DNA of 64,000 nt from Tubulanus polymorphus (GCF_964204645.1 NC_134028.1:682001-746000); one strand, 5' to 3'; shown: positions 25,183-39,808, counted from the stretch's first letter. The notes: generated by a model not told the origin, from the sequence alone. Numbers and translations are program-made.

Positions 25183-28100
25183 CTGAGTTATAGCTTGAAT
25201 CGGCCACAAATGGAAACAAGCGACATTTGAAGACTTCCTCCATAAATGATGCAAACCGTGAGTTTTACCAGTTATTTGTAGCGAGCGCCTTTTAAACATT
25301 TGTATTACATCCATTTTAGAAACGTTTAAAATAAATCCAGTGTTTATGCAAGAGTAACCTTTGGTGCTCATCAATATTAACAGCTATTCCTCAGTTTTTC
25401 ATTTATGCGATAAAAGTTTCCGAATAAGAACCTGCGCAAAAGTATAATCTACAATAGCGACGCTAACTATATTCGAGGCTTGTGATTAACTTTAACTGCT
25501 GTGTTCAAAGTTTGGCCGAATTCTGAATTGTCCTCGGGTTTGAGATAAGATAAAGAAGTCACTTGTGATCTCAACCATTTGTTTAAACCAGTTAAATCTG
25601 AACATTTCACAGAATATCTGAATCCGCTGTTAATCCTACTAAAGTCCATCAGACGAAACAGTAAAACGTGTAATCCTAGGACAGAAGCACTGGATTAATC
25701 AAAATCAGTAATCTGTAATTATCGATATCAGGGTGGCCTAGAGACGGGCGCACACTGACGCACACTAACGACAAGTGCGAACTAAATTCTCTGTCGAATC
25801 GACTCTGAAGGACTTCTTTAATCACAATGAATACCTGTCTCGATGTGACCTCTTTACAAATTCCTTTCATTATTAGATTCTTTTTATTCGTTTGGCCGCG
25901 AAATCGACGCATAAAATCAGCAAGTGCTTCTTCATACAAATCAGATATCAGATTTAAGGATGGTGGCTTCCTGTGTGTGCGGTGCGCAGCCGTAAATCTC
26001 AGTCAAAACAAACACAATCTCATAAAACTCATTTGTTCAGTGCGACCATCACTAACTCATTTACAAAATAATCTATTTGCCTATAGATGACCAATACTAA
26101 GTAAATGTTGATTCTGCTAATATTGGCAAAGTTGCACTTCGCGCCGAATGCCCGGAAAAAAATGGAGAGCAAATTTAAACTGAACACGGAAAGAAAAACA
26201 AGTCCTAAACAATACGCGGAAAAAGATGCTTGAACTCAATGAAAAGAGTTGAACACGAATTCATGACAACAAAGTGGAAAAACATGACACAAAAAACGAC
26301 CTCAGATTTCTGTTAACAATTACGTAATTCCTAGAGCGAAATTTACGCTTAATTATGTTTCTAAAGCAACCAACAAACCGCGTGCTGAGCGCGACAATTT
26401 TTTTATGATTATTTGAACGACAAACCGGTTTTAATACGACGGGGTTTTATTTAACTATGTTACTATGCATATAGCACCGCGAGTCCAACTGTTACTTACA
26501 CGGAAGAAAATTTGAATTTCAAATCAGTTTCATTATGATATGTTCAATATTCCAGGATATTCAAGATTAAAATGAGTTTTTCATTATATACCATTATTGT
26601 ATATACCTTACATATAGCGACACAAATCGAATGCTAGAATAATAAAGTCATTTTCATTATAAGGAAGGTCCAGGGATAATAGGGGTCACCCCCTCTACCA
26701 GGTATAACAGGGGTCACCTTTGAAAATGTTGTAGACAACTTTCATAATCTATTGCGGAAAAATTAAATAAATACTCTATTGTAAATATTCCATAGTGAAC
26801 TGAAAAAACAGACAGGAAGAAGGAAGTCATTTTTATCTCGTAATTTTCCTAGGTTATGCGGGAAGATTTATTGATTATATACGCTATGAATTGATGAAGC
26901 TTCACGTTGTATTACGCGACACGCGATTGAATTCCAGTTTCTTTGAATCTCATTCTAAACATGGCAGCGATAAAAACAATAGACATACAGACAGACAGAC
27001 AGAGAAATAATGAATATATCAGATATTTGTGTCTGAAACTCTGAGGATTTGGGAAAGAACGCGATATCAATATTCGACCAAACAAGATCAGCTCTAACTA
27101 TCCGATATTTCTATTCGGTTTGTTGTTCGCTAATGCGCGCGCATTCAATCAATCTATATCTCTGCAGATAACACGATAACATCCCGACCCGACCAACCGA
27201 GAAAAAAAATCTCATTTACACAAATTCTTATAGAGCTGATAAAAGGAATCGGTCCCTGGTAATATCGATTTTCTGTTCCAGTGCGAGAGTACATCTGTCA
27301 GGTCCAGTAGCAAATTAACGGTTAGTAATGTCAGTAAATGACAGTAGATATTGAAACGGTCATAGTTGATATTTATAGCGATGGGAAATGATAAACTACC
27401 ACCACATTGACTCGTATTGGAACAGTCAACTTGTTTCTTAACACGTGACCTCATCAACTCAACTACAACACGTGACCAACATATGTTTCCAAGCAGCTAC
27501 GGTAATAACAATGTACAAGGTCACCCGCTATCCCTTCATCAGGTCGTGTTAGGGCGATTCTACCATCCCATTACCATCCACAGTAGGACACAGGGGTCTC
27601 TCCAGGGGGGTTATTGCGCACAGGGGTCTCCCCAGGGGGGTTATTGCGCACAGGGGTCTCTCCAGGGGGGTTATTGCGCACAGGGGTCTCTCAAGGGGGT
27701 TATTGCGCACAGGGGTCTCTCAAGGGGGTTGTTGACTGATGGAGCTTCCTGCGCTAAGTTATTTTCACTCATTAACCTCCATTAAGATTACAAGCATGAA
27801 CACTTTTTCAATGAACTCATATCAATATCGGCAAGCGAGGATTGGTTTCTGTATGAACCAAATGAACCCGACGACTTAATTCTATAATTATATACAAGCT
27901 TCAATGGTTCCGTGATAACGTCACTGAGCCTATGCCGGGAAAGCAGGTCTTTTTCTAAAAACAATTTGGGACCACATGCAGTGACAACATCGACTCGCAA
28001 CTATTGATACAAAGCAGAAACAGAAACATCGGATTCAGCTTCCAAAACGGTTTCGAAAGTCGAGTTCTTGCGTGTAACTTCAAAATAACAACAAAACATC

Positions 28101-31100
28101 GCTTTGAAACAAAACTAATAAGTTTTAGAAAACATATAATTATTGCTCGTTTGAATGACAGTATAATACATAAGCACCATCATCATCATCTCCGGTTCAT
28201 AGCTGGCATATTTACACCCTACACCCTCTTAACGTGAATCATCATTACATGAAAAATACCTTCCTAATAGTAACAAACAGTATCCGAATAGCTGAAACCT
28301 ATCTGATACAAAATACCAATAACCAGCATTAGTGTGTGTAATATCACTGATATTTTCATAACCTCAATAGTGAATGCGAAGAGCTGAAGTCAAAGTTTGT
28401 ATCGTCAACAGCGACATTAGCCTGACATAGAATTATTATCATTACTAGATTAGGACAAAAACTGAAAGAATACGTTTTGCCGATCACTATTCTCCCTCTC
28501 CCTCTCCCTCTCCCTCTTCCTCGCGCTCTGTACGGTAACATAAAATGATGACATGATTAGTGACAAAAATGTAGTGCTCTAGTTTACAACACAGCAGTGC
28601 ATTAGACATGCTGGAACTCCTCCAGTCACATAGAAACGACGAAACTAATGTCTTTTACAGTCACAAAACCTGCTTCAGGATCTCAAACGTAATGACATTT
28701 ACACAGACAATCCCTCAATATATCATACATCTTACTCGACTGGAACCAACAGCGGCTGCGGTTCGGTTTCTTTGTTTGATAAAGATAAGCATGCGGCTAC
28801 GTTCAAAGAATCGATATTCATAAGCTGCTGATCTGATTGATAAGCTCAGTACTGGTTATAGCACCTGCTACTGATGGTGACGATTAGAACCGCACAATAA
28901 GTGCGTGATGTCCACAAGGTAAGAGACAACACTTCCTCGATCCCTCCCGCACACACACCACACACCACTCATGCACTGATGCTTACCCCGGATTTTGACG
29001 GTGACTTGGAACTAGTTTCTGGTACTGCCTGAGCGCACATTGTATAATTGTAATATTGTATCACATATCACTAGAATTGACTATCATAACCACATAATCA
29101 CCAGCAGCACACACACACTATAGAACAGAGTGAGAGACCGTGGTGACCTCCATCAGTCAGTTAGAAAATCCATCAGTACTCACAGAGCTGCTGCTGCTGC
29201 TGCTACTGCTGCTGATGCAGGATTGAGTCGTTTAACAGGTCTGAGCTGTTTACAGCAATCCATCTCATCATCTTGATTATCAATGAATTCACAGACTCCA
29301 GCTGAGTCTATTATTGCTGTAACGGGGTAGGGTAGGTTGTTACTGCACAGTGTCAACTTCATCCTTTGATGCCGCCAGTTTTTGTATCAATTTAAAACTT
29401 TCAATTTACACAAATTTCCGAAGCAGGAAATGAAATAGTGACTCAGCCACAGCGGCGGCGTGTATGAGATAGATATCACTATTGTATGAATGAATTCTGG
29501 ATTTATCGAGCAGCGCCGTGAAGGCACTGTGACCATAATTGGTAATAATTAGCAATCAATTTGGTATCGGGGGAAAGCAACCTAAATCAGAAAGTCAAAC
29601 GACAACAAGCCGCACTAAATACGAACCAGTTATCAGAGAACAGAATTCTGAATTCAGTAGGGATTTTACAACACGCGGCTACAATTCTACATCCATCCCG
29701 TAAATTATCCTAAATTATTCCAATTATTTCATCGATCCAACGAAGAGATTTTAGAATTTATGTGTGGTGTTGATTTGATGATTTGGAGACCGGCGATTGA
29801 GGGGACTGGGTCCTCTGGGAGGTTTGGGATCGTTGCATGTTGCAAATACCCGAATTCACGATAGTAGAGTTTAAAGATTGAACAAAGAATCGATCCTGCA
29901 GTAATCATCCTGTTTCTACTAAAAAGTATTATAGAAATGTCACAAAACTTATATATATGATACACCATTGAGATGCGATACTGAAAAGGTTGATGAATCA
30001 TAATGATATTTCAATATCATTTTAAAAACTTTTTGATATCTAGACTTACATGGCATAATTTAGCTAATAAACGTTTCATAGATGCGGCTACCGCTGTCTC
30101 CTGAATCCTAAGAAATAACAGTTCGTTATCCAGCATCATGTTGACGTTTGACTGTGCGTAAGAATGACGAATCAGACCCTGCCCAGGTTTATATAGATAA
30201 ACTGCGAGTCCGGAGGTCTGCAGCACTGTTTGGCACTTAACAGATATAGTTTTGACAAACTACAGGCACCAAACTGCTACAAACTACGGAACTGTTATAA
30301 AAACAACACTAATTACGTAATTACACGAATTCTCCCAATTCTAATCAACACAAATCAACACTATAATGAATAGTATTAATTAGCACTATGACTGTGAGGT
30401 GATAGTGATTAATTAGGATGAACCACATTCTGATTGTTCTGGCACAAGTTCACAGTTTGTTTTGTTTATATCGTTATGTAATTATAAAGTCTGTCTAAAA
30501 TCTAAACCAATCAAAATCTCATATATATATATATAAACCAGTGATTGAATTCACTATTAGAGGATGAGACACTTAGTTACAGAGATCATAGTTGAATAAA
30601 GTCTACACTAGCCCGTAAGGCGTAAACGGTCATTTTCAGGGGCAGTTTCCTTTTCCAAAAAGATAAATCTAAAGACAGTATGTTGTAAGTTTGTCTGGTT
30701 AGTGTGGTGACGCGTTGAGTCAGGTGTGGTGACTGGTGACCAGTCAGGTGTGGTGGTGACTCCATTCACTGTCCAGTTACCGTTATCTGATTACATCACT
30801 TTCTTATCCATACCCATCAGTACGTTTGATTGTTGATGGATAAAATGGATTTTGAATTTTTCACCCATTTTACCGTTTGGCGGCGTGTTCTCACTTTGGC
30901 CTCCAATTGACGATTTGTTCAAGGTTTCGCTACTCAAATCTATGATTAAAATAGCAGCATATGGCGCGTCCTAAATTATCTAATGGAAAACCAAACAGTT
31001 ATTAATCATTGATGGTAAAATGAGTCACAGAGAAATTCAAACAATACGCGCCATGCACCGACCAGATCCGCCATATTACACCCTCTCGATATTGGGACTA

Positions 31101-34100
31101 TCTTAAAGGAAGCTTCTCCTTGAAATAAAGTAGAACATCAGGATATGCCTCGTTGAATAACACTTGAAACTGACGGAACTCTGATGAACGGGAACTGGAG
31201 AATTATTATATGTAGCACCATTGAGAAAATGATGAACGAGTCAATAAAAAGTTATTGTTGATAAAACACGGAACTAGTGCGAATAGTTAATTATCTAGAA
31301 ATACTTAGGATGTAAAAGGATCTACTGATGAATGACAGAGCTATAAATCATCCTCTACCGCTCCGGCCGGGTCCAGGTTTAAAATCCGTATCCGTATTTT
31401 ACCGGAAGTGGCCTCTAATGTTTATTGTAATGGTGGCGATATTGATGCAATGTCACACACGTGGTTTTAGCAACATCAGCTCATAGAGCGGCGAGTACAG
31501 AGCACGAGGCTGCACCCGGCGGTCACTGACACTCTCAAAACCGTTGGTTGCTCCATGGACTCTAAAACGATGGTTGCCCCCACCCACTGAGTGATCAGGT
31601 ATCCCTGCTGCAGGCGAGATGACACAACCTCTTCACGCGGGGTCCGGTGTCGTCACAGACTCACGCTAACGACTCCTACCGAGTCAGTGCACTCTATATA
31701 GTGCTCTCCATGAGGGTAGTCTAGTACCGGTACCTAGCCGTTGTTCCCCGAACCGTAAAACAACCACTGGTATTCAGACTTTCCATGAGGGTAGTGACGT
31801 GTATAGTGTGACCAGTGACGTATTCAATACTATACGGCCAAACCTAGGGTTATCACGTTTATTGACCAGGCCAAACCTAGGGTTATCACGTTTATTGACC
31901 AGGCCAAACCTAGGGTTATCACGTTTATTGACCAGGCCAAAACTAGGGTTATCACGTTTATTGACCAGGCCAAACCTAGGGTTATCACGTTTATTGACCA
32001 GGCCAAACCTAGGGTTATCACGTTTATTGACCAGGCCAAACCTAGGGTTATCACGTTTATTGACCAGGCCAAACCTAGGGTTATCACGTTTATTGACCAG
32101 GCCAAACCTAGGGTTATCACGTTTATTGACCAGGCCAAACCTAGGGTTATCACGTTTATTGACCAGGCCAAACCTGGGGTTATCACGTTTATTGACCAGG
32201 CCAAACCTGGGGTTATCACGTTTATTGACCAGGCCAAACCTGGGGTTATCACGTTTATTGACAAGGCCAAACCTAGGGTTATCACGTTTATTGACCAGGC
32301 CAAACCTGGGGTTATCACGTTTATTGACCAGGCCAAACCTGGGGTTATCACGTTTATTGACAAGGCCAAACCTACGGTTATCACGTTTATTTTGTCCAGG
32401 CCAAACCTGGGGTTATCACGTTTATTGACCAGGCCAAACCTAGGGTTATCACGTTTATTGACCAGGCCAAACCTGGGGTTATCACGTTTATTGACCAGGC
32501 CAAACCTAGGGTTATCACGTTTATTGACCAGGCCAAACCTGGGGTTATCACGTTTATTGACAAGGCCAAACCTAGGGTTATCACGTTTATTGACCAGGCC
32601 AAACCTAGGGTTATCACGTTTTATCAACGTTCATGCTGTCGACACTCTCTCAACACAGAAAATACATTAATTACTATTTAATTACTCAAAATAGCGGTGG
32701 GTAAAAACATTAGCTGCTGCCTGGAGCTGATACTGTTGGCACTTACCCGATAATGATCGTTAGTTATAGGACGTCTATCTGGTAAAAGAGTTCCGAATAT
32801 AGTCGGCTAAAACAGAACAAAAAAACAACATCATATAATATCATCACGTATCCCAGCAGTCACACAGACAGCCTGACTGACTGGGATATAGTACTGCCGT
32901 ATGTCACATGAATGGATTTGAATCGCTCTCAGCTCAGACTGCAGTCACCAGATAACACGACTAGACAACATACATAAACAGTGGCACCTGCTGCTGTTGC
33001 GGTAATATATAAGTCTACCATTTATAGGGTATTATTTAATATGAAAACGATACTAGTGTCATACATCAGCATCGTGAAATATATATCAACCACTTTATGT
33101 TTATATTTCAATATTTCCTTGCCAAAAATCTGCATAATAGATAAACAGAACTCATTTCGTGTTAATCAAATCTCCAGACTGCTTCAATGATACTTGAAAC
33201 GGGTATTTTCCAGATATCTTAGCCTCCTAAATTTTTATGGTATCAAAGTAAAGTTGAATTGTTTTCTGGATTTCATTACAGATTCACCAGTATGAGAGAT
33301 ATCGATGGAAGGTTACGCAGAGAAGCGCTGCTGGAAACCAGCCAAAATTCCCCACGTGTACGAAAAAAAACCACTCTAATCGAAGGTAAGCGTTCGTAGG
33401 TAAAATAAAACTTCTTTTTTGTTTCCTATATTTAGAAATACCCGACGCAAGAAAACGCTGTAAAACACATTTTACATCGGGAAAACTAAACTGCAACATG
33501 TTTTGATATTCTACAGCGGATCGAGTTCCTCCAGCGATCAGAGACAAACTTTAAAACATGCCAGTCGTTTGAATGGTGGTGAGTATTTAATTCGATCGTG
33601 CAGAAAATACAGATCTTATCTCCTACCTAAACAACTACAGCGTCAGAACTTCAGTTCGATGTGACAAACTCTGCTCTCCGGATTAAATCATTCCTATCTG
33701 TAAACCCAGTGTACGTCAGTGTTCACAGTGAAAAACCCGCGGAAACTACGCGTTTGTATCACGAGCATCAGACTCTGTTCTCAGCCTCCCACTCATAAAA
33801 CACGTAAAAACATTCCAAACATTCTATAAACTACCACAACACTGATCACAGTTTCCTCTCTTCCTGTTCCTCCTTCCTTACTCCTGATAATCCGACCATA
33901 GTTCCTGTCTCTATACCTCAGTATATAGTACTAACATCCTACGACGAATTGATCGTGATTAATTAAACATGATCTAATTAATATATGTGAATATATTCCA
34001 CTGATGCCGGTGACGAATAACTACAGACCTATATCTGGTAATAACTAGAGACCTATATACGTGTACTATCGGCTATAGTTTTACCTACAATCATTCGAAT

Positions 34101-37100
34101 AATCATTATACGATTCATAACACTTTCTACGCGTTTGTGTTGAGGGAAATATTTCAAGTGCTACTGTCACATATTCCTGGCCTAAATCTCTACAGTTCGT
34201 AGAGGTAACTGTTCCATGTGAAAATCTCTGTGTCGTCTACATATTTACTATTTCTGGGGTTCATAAACTCTGGGCCTCTAAACCATATTATCATTTGAGC
34301 TAAAACATTTAGGCCTAACAGAATCATGAATTTACGCTGATTTCTTATGAATTGAATCATGGAAACGCTGATGATGATGTAAGTGAAGTTTATGTAATAT
34401 AAACAGTTTAAGTAGCAGTAATTAGTGATAAATCGTGTTAATTACAAACTGCTTTATCATTTAACACCTGTTGGCAGCAGCAGCAGCGGCGGCGAGTCCG
34501 AGTAGAAAACAAACAACCCCCCTCCGAATGGTACCAATAGAAACCATTGAATCAATTTCTCAAATCCGCCCTATTTTTAGTGGTAACAGAGGTCATTACC
34601 CCGAGCAGTCCTTCATAACAGATACGCAGACTTCCTCACAGCGTCCGGAGTCACGGCATCCAGTCCCCCACAGCTTCCAGAGTCCCTCACAGATACTCAG
34701 AGCCTCTCGCAGCTTTGCGAGGACCTCGCATATACTCAGGGACCCTCACAGATACTCAGAGTCCCTCACAGTTACTCTGAGTCCCTCACAATTACTCAGA
34801 GTCCCTCACAGACACCCTCACAGATACTCACCCGTGTTTTAGCATGTTTCAGTCCTATAGCTGGCTGACTCCTGGAGGCCTGAAAATATCAAAATAAAAA
34901 CATTCAAAATTTGAGTCAGATTTGATTTTGAATATGGAACCTGAAATGATGTGATCAGCCTGAAATTAAGCAGTTTATGAGAGGATGGAGAACATTATGT
35001 TTGTATCAAGATACAAAGAACACCGGTTTGTCAATGAGAGATTGACGGCGCTACACGTAGCATTGAATAAATCACAATAAAACCTTCATAGAAATAAACC
35101 GCATCAATCCGACGTGAAAAACATGGAACAAGTTTCTTTCTACAACAAATGACCACCTTCGAATAAAGCACTACGCATTCAACAAGAACTCATTTGATCT
35201 TATTTCAATTATTCCCTTCAGCGATGGATGTCAGTGAGCTGTGATTAGAGGCCGCTAATTCAGAAAATAATCACCAATTTCCGTTCGTTAAATAGTTTTC
35301 ATTCAACTCAAAAAAACCCATCGAATCTAGGAGCAATTATCTCTTATCTCGTAACTCAAACCGAGCAACACACACACATACAACACTCGACCAATGCGCC
35401 ATCTACACGATTATAGTGAAATCGATAAATTTAACATTTAATTAGACCTAGGAATGTTTTAGTAATAGAATCTGTTCTGTATGGACATGAGTTGCTTTGA
35501 AATCCTGAAATATATCTTTCGAAATTCATAAATACAAAAATGAAAATTTTAGAAATCGAAATTCACCGAGAAGCTAAAATTGATTGGGTATACACCAATA
35601 GGAATGTGTGGTTAGAATGAATACCTGTTCATGAGTTATTTCAAATTTCATAGCTGCTGCTCCCATGATTGTCACTTTCTATTATTTCAGCCATAACCGT
35701 AAACAATCAGTACGATGAGATATAAAATCCATGATCATCATTAGCGCGGTTAACAACATACAGTACTGACGAGTTCAATTCGCGTTTATACTCTTATTAA
35801 TACATACATTGAAAACCATTCAATAAAAACCACTAATAAACAGGTTCCACGCACAAAACAAAAACAGATCGAGTTCGATTCGAAATAAAAATGTTCACAA
35901 AATGTAATCATACTCGATATATATTAATGTATAAAAGGTAATTTGAACGATACAAAATTTAAACCAGATATGATTTTTCAGTTTCAAGAACTAATAACAT
36001 AAAGACCTTATCAGAGACATATACAAGTAGCGTACCCGAGTTTTCACATCTATAGCCACCAAAGTGTAGTTCAAATATCGAACTCTAAACCGACATCTGT
36101 TTCTGAAATTCTCTTGTTAATCATCTTGAATAATTCTTTTATTGTCTGTACTCTTAGTTGTAGATATGTAGTGAGATATTCGTGGTGAGTGATTTATTAG
36201 ATCGTTGTCAAATTCCGTGAAAAATGACTTCAATCTGTTTGATTCAACCGCAAGCAAAAAAGTACGTACAACCATGAAACCGTCGTCCACCTCCCCTCCC
36301 CTCCTTCCAACGGCCTCGTACTACAAACTCCCCATCCGTATTACAACAGGCAGATGTTGTGACGGGCGCAGGCGCGCGAGTTTTATTGTTCATAAAAGTC
36401 TTTTGTTGATAAAAAATGACTAACAGCTTAAGCGTTAAATCCCGCTACATCTGTCTGTCGTTCTAACCCGATATATGAACCAAACATCAAACCACAGCCA
36501 GCACGGACACACGATTCATAAAACACTATATATATCCGTGTTGAAGCGATGTAGAGACAATCCCACAATAATAACGAAATGTCCGAAAATGTAACTATAG
36601 CTAGCAGTTTTTAGACTACAAGCTTCAGTTACATTTTCGGACTTCACACTACAGCAAAAACACAACTCTTTTTCATTATAGCTTCATTAAATTTATCCTT
36701 GTAGATCAAACAACGTTAATGGTTTAAACTTTGCATAACAAATCTCCCGAGGTTAGAATGAGTCGCTAGAATTTCTGGGCCCATTTCTGAAGTTCTTGTA
36801 TTAAATTAGATTCTAATGTGGACTTATTTTCAATGCTGTAACTCTAGAATCAAACCGAGAACTGACGTGAAACCGGACCCTGTTATTCTGTATGTCCAGT
36901 TATTGTTGGTTCTGTTTTTTACCTGTTTGTCAAACATGTATCCGTCTTGTTTAAGTTTCCACCAATGTCTCATCATTTTATATCTCATTCTTCGTGTCAA
37001 TAATTCACAATCCTTTCACGTCAATATCGCCGTAATTCCACTCAGAAAACAGTTAAATATTAGTGATTATCTCAAACAGATTTGAGGGTAAGGATCCCAA

Positions 37101-39808
37101 ATAAGGTTTATAATATTCCTCAATCCATAGTTTAACCGATTATAAACACTGTATTTTCGTTTCAATCAGAATTTCTTGAATTAGGTGAGTTCTAATATCA
37201 GTAAACATCGCGACCACACACACACAACCCTGTCACACACCCCTCTCAGATCCCAGTTAAATCACAACAAACTCCTCAGACTTTTAGACATCGCCAAGAA
37301 ACTGTATTACAATAGAAACTCCTACCCCGAATAGAGCCACGGGCGATAATTCAATTACTACAATCACAATCACACCGCGCGCTATGGACAATCATATCAA
37401 ACGGTCCTTCCTTATGGCGCATTAACTTATACAGGCGTCTGTCGCAACTGCACTGATACAGCTTGTAGCTGAACTGATAAAACAGCCTGTAGCTGAACTG
37501 ATACAGCCTGTAACTGAAGTTTTTTTAAGTATAAGACCTCAAAATAACGGTGCGGTCACATATGACACCAGAGCTCATTTCAATAACTCTAAATCTATTA
37601 GAATTAATCGTAGATCGCGTGAAAGAATCTTAAGCTCATTTAATCATAAATTATGATTATATAAATATTGTCAACCCCTAAACGTTAGTTATAGTTTGAC
37701 CTAAATAATTCAAATGTAGGTCAGTTCTTATTACTTAATTCCAACATTTAAAGATTGTATAATGTACATTTTTAAATCGGATTATCATAATATAGATATT
37801 TCAGGAGCATTGATTAAAGTATGAATTACCATGACGTTACTTACTGTTTATAAGTGGTATGTCCTACCAGGGATTGTAATATATCTCCCCGCACCCACCA
37901 AGCAATTAATATATATGAATGTGTTAGATTCAACCATTGTTATGTTCAGTGTTTAATGAAATGACTCACGCCCTCGCTCTATCCCTCAGACCCTCAGGGA
38001 TCACAAATAGATTATTCACTATTTAGATAATTAGTTTAGGGCAAATACACATAGTGTTAATAGAAGTTGAGAAGAGGCCACCCTGAGGGAGGCCACATTG
38101 GCTAATGTGTCAAATTTAATCCGTCATTTTAAGTGACCCGATTGTGCAGGGAAGGTTTGAAATTAAAATCAACAATTCCATCAATTGATGCTTCGAATTA
38201 GTTTCTATTTTAGCCGCTAGGTGCATTTCACAAGTCTCATTCGGGGCGCGGTACATCTTGAATTAAAGGTAGTTTCTATTGGTGTCCTGTTGCTATTTTG
38301 GATGGATATTCATTCAGGATATTTGGTGGTTTAAGAGAGGGGGGGGGGTACTTACGAGTTTGGCGGAATGCCTCAGTATCCGGAGAGCTGCAGTTCGATA
38401 CTCTGTGTTTAGTACTGCGTGCTGCTGCTCCAAATGACTGTAATATCAATAGAAACCACGAATCACATTTGATTATTCGTTTAACTAATTTATTTTGCTC
38501 GTAAATTTTTGTGTCGATATTTAACATGTAATTGATTTCGTTACCTTAGCGTCAGTTGAAGGCGTTCGTGAAGTTTTTGCTGAGAAGAAAATGAATTACA
38601 CACTAAAAACAATGGTATACATTGATTGTATACAGACAGGGTCTGAAGAAGAGTTTACTGAGGGTGAATACCTGATGAATATCGGCTCTGTGTCCGTTCA
38701 TTAATCTCAGTTCATTTGACAACACTTTCATTTTTCGTTGTTCCGCCTCCAGTAACTTGGACGTTACCTGTAACAAACACATCGAAAATTCATTTACTTT
38801 TATTTATTCCTGTTGTATCCCTTATTGTTATGTACCTGATTCAGGATAAGGCGAATTAGTTTCAGGTCATAACAAAATCATAGTTACTCGATGTTGTATG
38901 TTAATTACAACATTCATCTTTCAGTAAAGCTAAGAGATTGAGCTGCGTTTGTTTGAAGGTTTTCTGGATTCGAACGATGTACGATGTTTTATTATCTCGC
39001 ATAACAAACGACCGAGGAGTTCAACTGGTGCCATTAAACCAGATTCAATAGGAGAAAAAATGACGATGAAATATGAATTCACGTCTATTGACTTGTGCTC
39101 AATGTGCAGTCACGTGTGTACGGTGACGTTTTGTAATCTGTAAGTAGCAGCAGCAACAGCAGCAGCAGCGTCACGGAGCTATTCAGCCGCGGTCACAGAA
39201 CAGGAAAATTTATATCAGTAATAAATGAAATCAAGTCGATTAACAACAGAATGGTTTTCATAGCAGCTCCATGGAAACGAAGCTATTTACGAAAGGGCAG
39301 CAGGTCTTTCAATGGACGGTTTACAGTTTACCTTAGATTCCTAACACAACTGAATAATGATTCATTGAAATATCAATAAAAAAGAAGAACTTGGCTCGTC
39401 AACAGTGGCTCCAACGACAGCGGCTTACCCCAAACCTAAAAATAACCCTAACCCTAGCCCTACAACCCTAACCCTAGGTGCTCATCAACCCGTAACCCTA
39501 ACCCTAGCTCGACCGTAACCCTAACCCTAGCAGGACTCGAACCAACGACCTCCAGAATGCCAGTGGAGCACGCTAACCACTAGACCATGGGCCAGTAGTG
39601 ATTGTCAGAGTTTCTAAGTTTGTCTGGTCAGTGTGTCGACCAGTCCGGTGGGGGACTGGTGATCAGTCAGGTGTGATCACTGGTGACCAGTCCGATGGGG
39701 ACTGGTGACCAGTCAGGTGTGATCACTGGTGACCAGTCCGATGGGGACTGGTGATCAGTCAGGTGTGTGATGACTTACCTCTAATTGAATTCCGAATAAA
39801 TCACACAT
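25183..39808 (-). CDS. RASGEF1: Candidate upstream/alternative 5' coding exons of RASGEF1: 39808-39779, 38767-38672, 38579-38545, 36102-36036, 34879-34832, 32806-32747; alternative starts 35666-35625, 29040-28987, 25314-25183
   Basis: Each has a GT donor (internal ones also an AG acceptor), is stop-free, and chains in phase into the phase-0 acceptor at 22792. No homology support, so inferred. Confidence 0.55.
27588..27731. repeat. About 30-bp minisatellite (cacaggggtctctccaggggggttattgcg), about 5 copies
   Basis: Tandem units directly visible. Confidence 0.92.
31836..32620. repeat. 33-bp minisatellite (ggccaaacctagggttatcacgtttattgacca), about 24 copies
   Basis: Highly homogeneous array; the unit length is a multiple of 3, which gives the spurious TRPNLGLSRLL / WSINVITLGLA ORFs. 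Confidence 0.98.
34670..34830. repeat. Degenerate 20-bp repeat (gagtccctcacagatactca)
   Basis: About 7 diverged units next to a candidate RASGEF1 donor at 34831. Confidence 0.8.
39428..39768 (-). mobile_element. Dispersed tRNA-related element with telomeric-repeat blocks, copy 2
   Basis: Four (T/C)AACCCTAACCCTAG blocks (39443-39530); tRNA-like part on the minus strand (TGGTCTAGTGGttagcgtg...GGTTCGAGTCC); then the same agtttgtctggtcagtgtg...gaccagtcaggtgt extension as copy 1, here tandemly expanded. Confidence 0.8.

Noticed and set aside
31836-32620. CRISPR-like array or repeat protein (33-bp period, long ORFs on both strands)
   Set aside because: Units are head-to-tail with no unique spacers, there are no cas genes, and the context is a eukaryotic intron; the ORFs arise only from the 3n period.
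39443-39530. Chromosome end or fusion relic
   Set aside because: The telomeric hexamers occur only as short blocks inside a dispersed element, not as long or head-to-head arrays.
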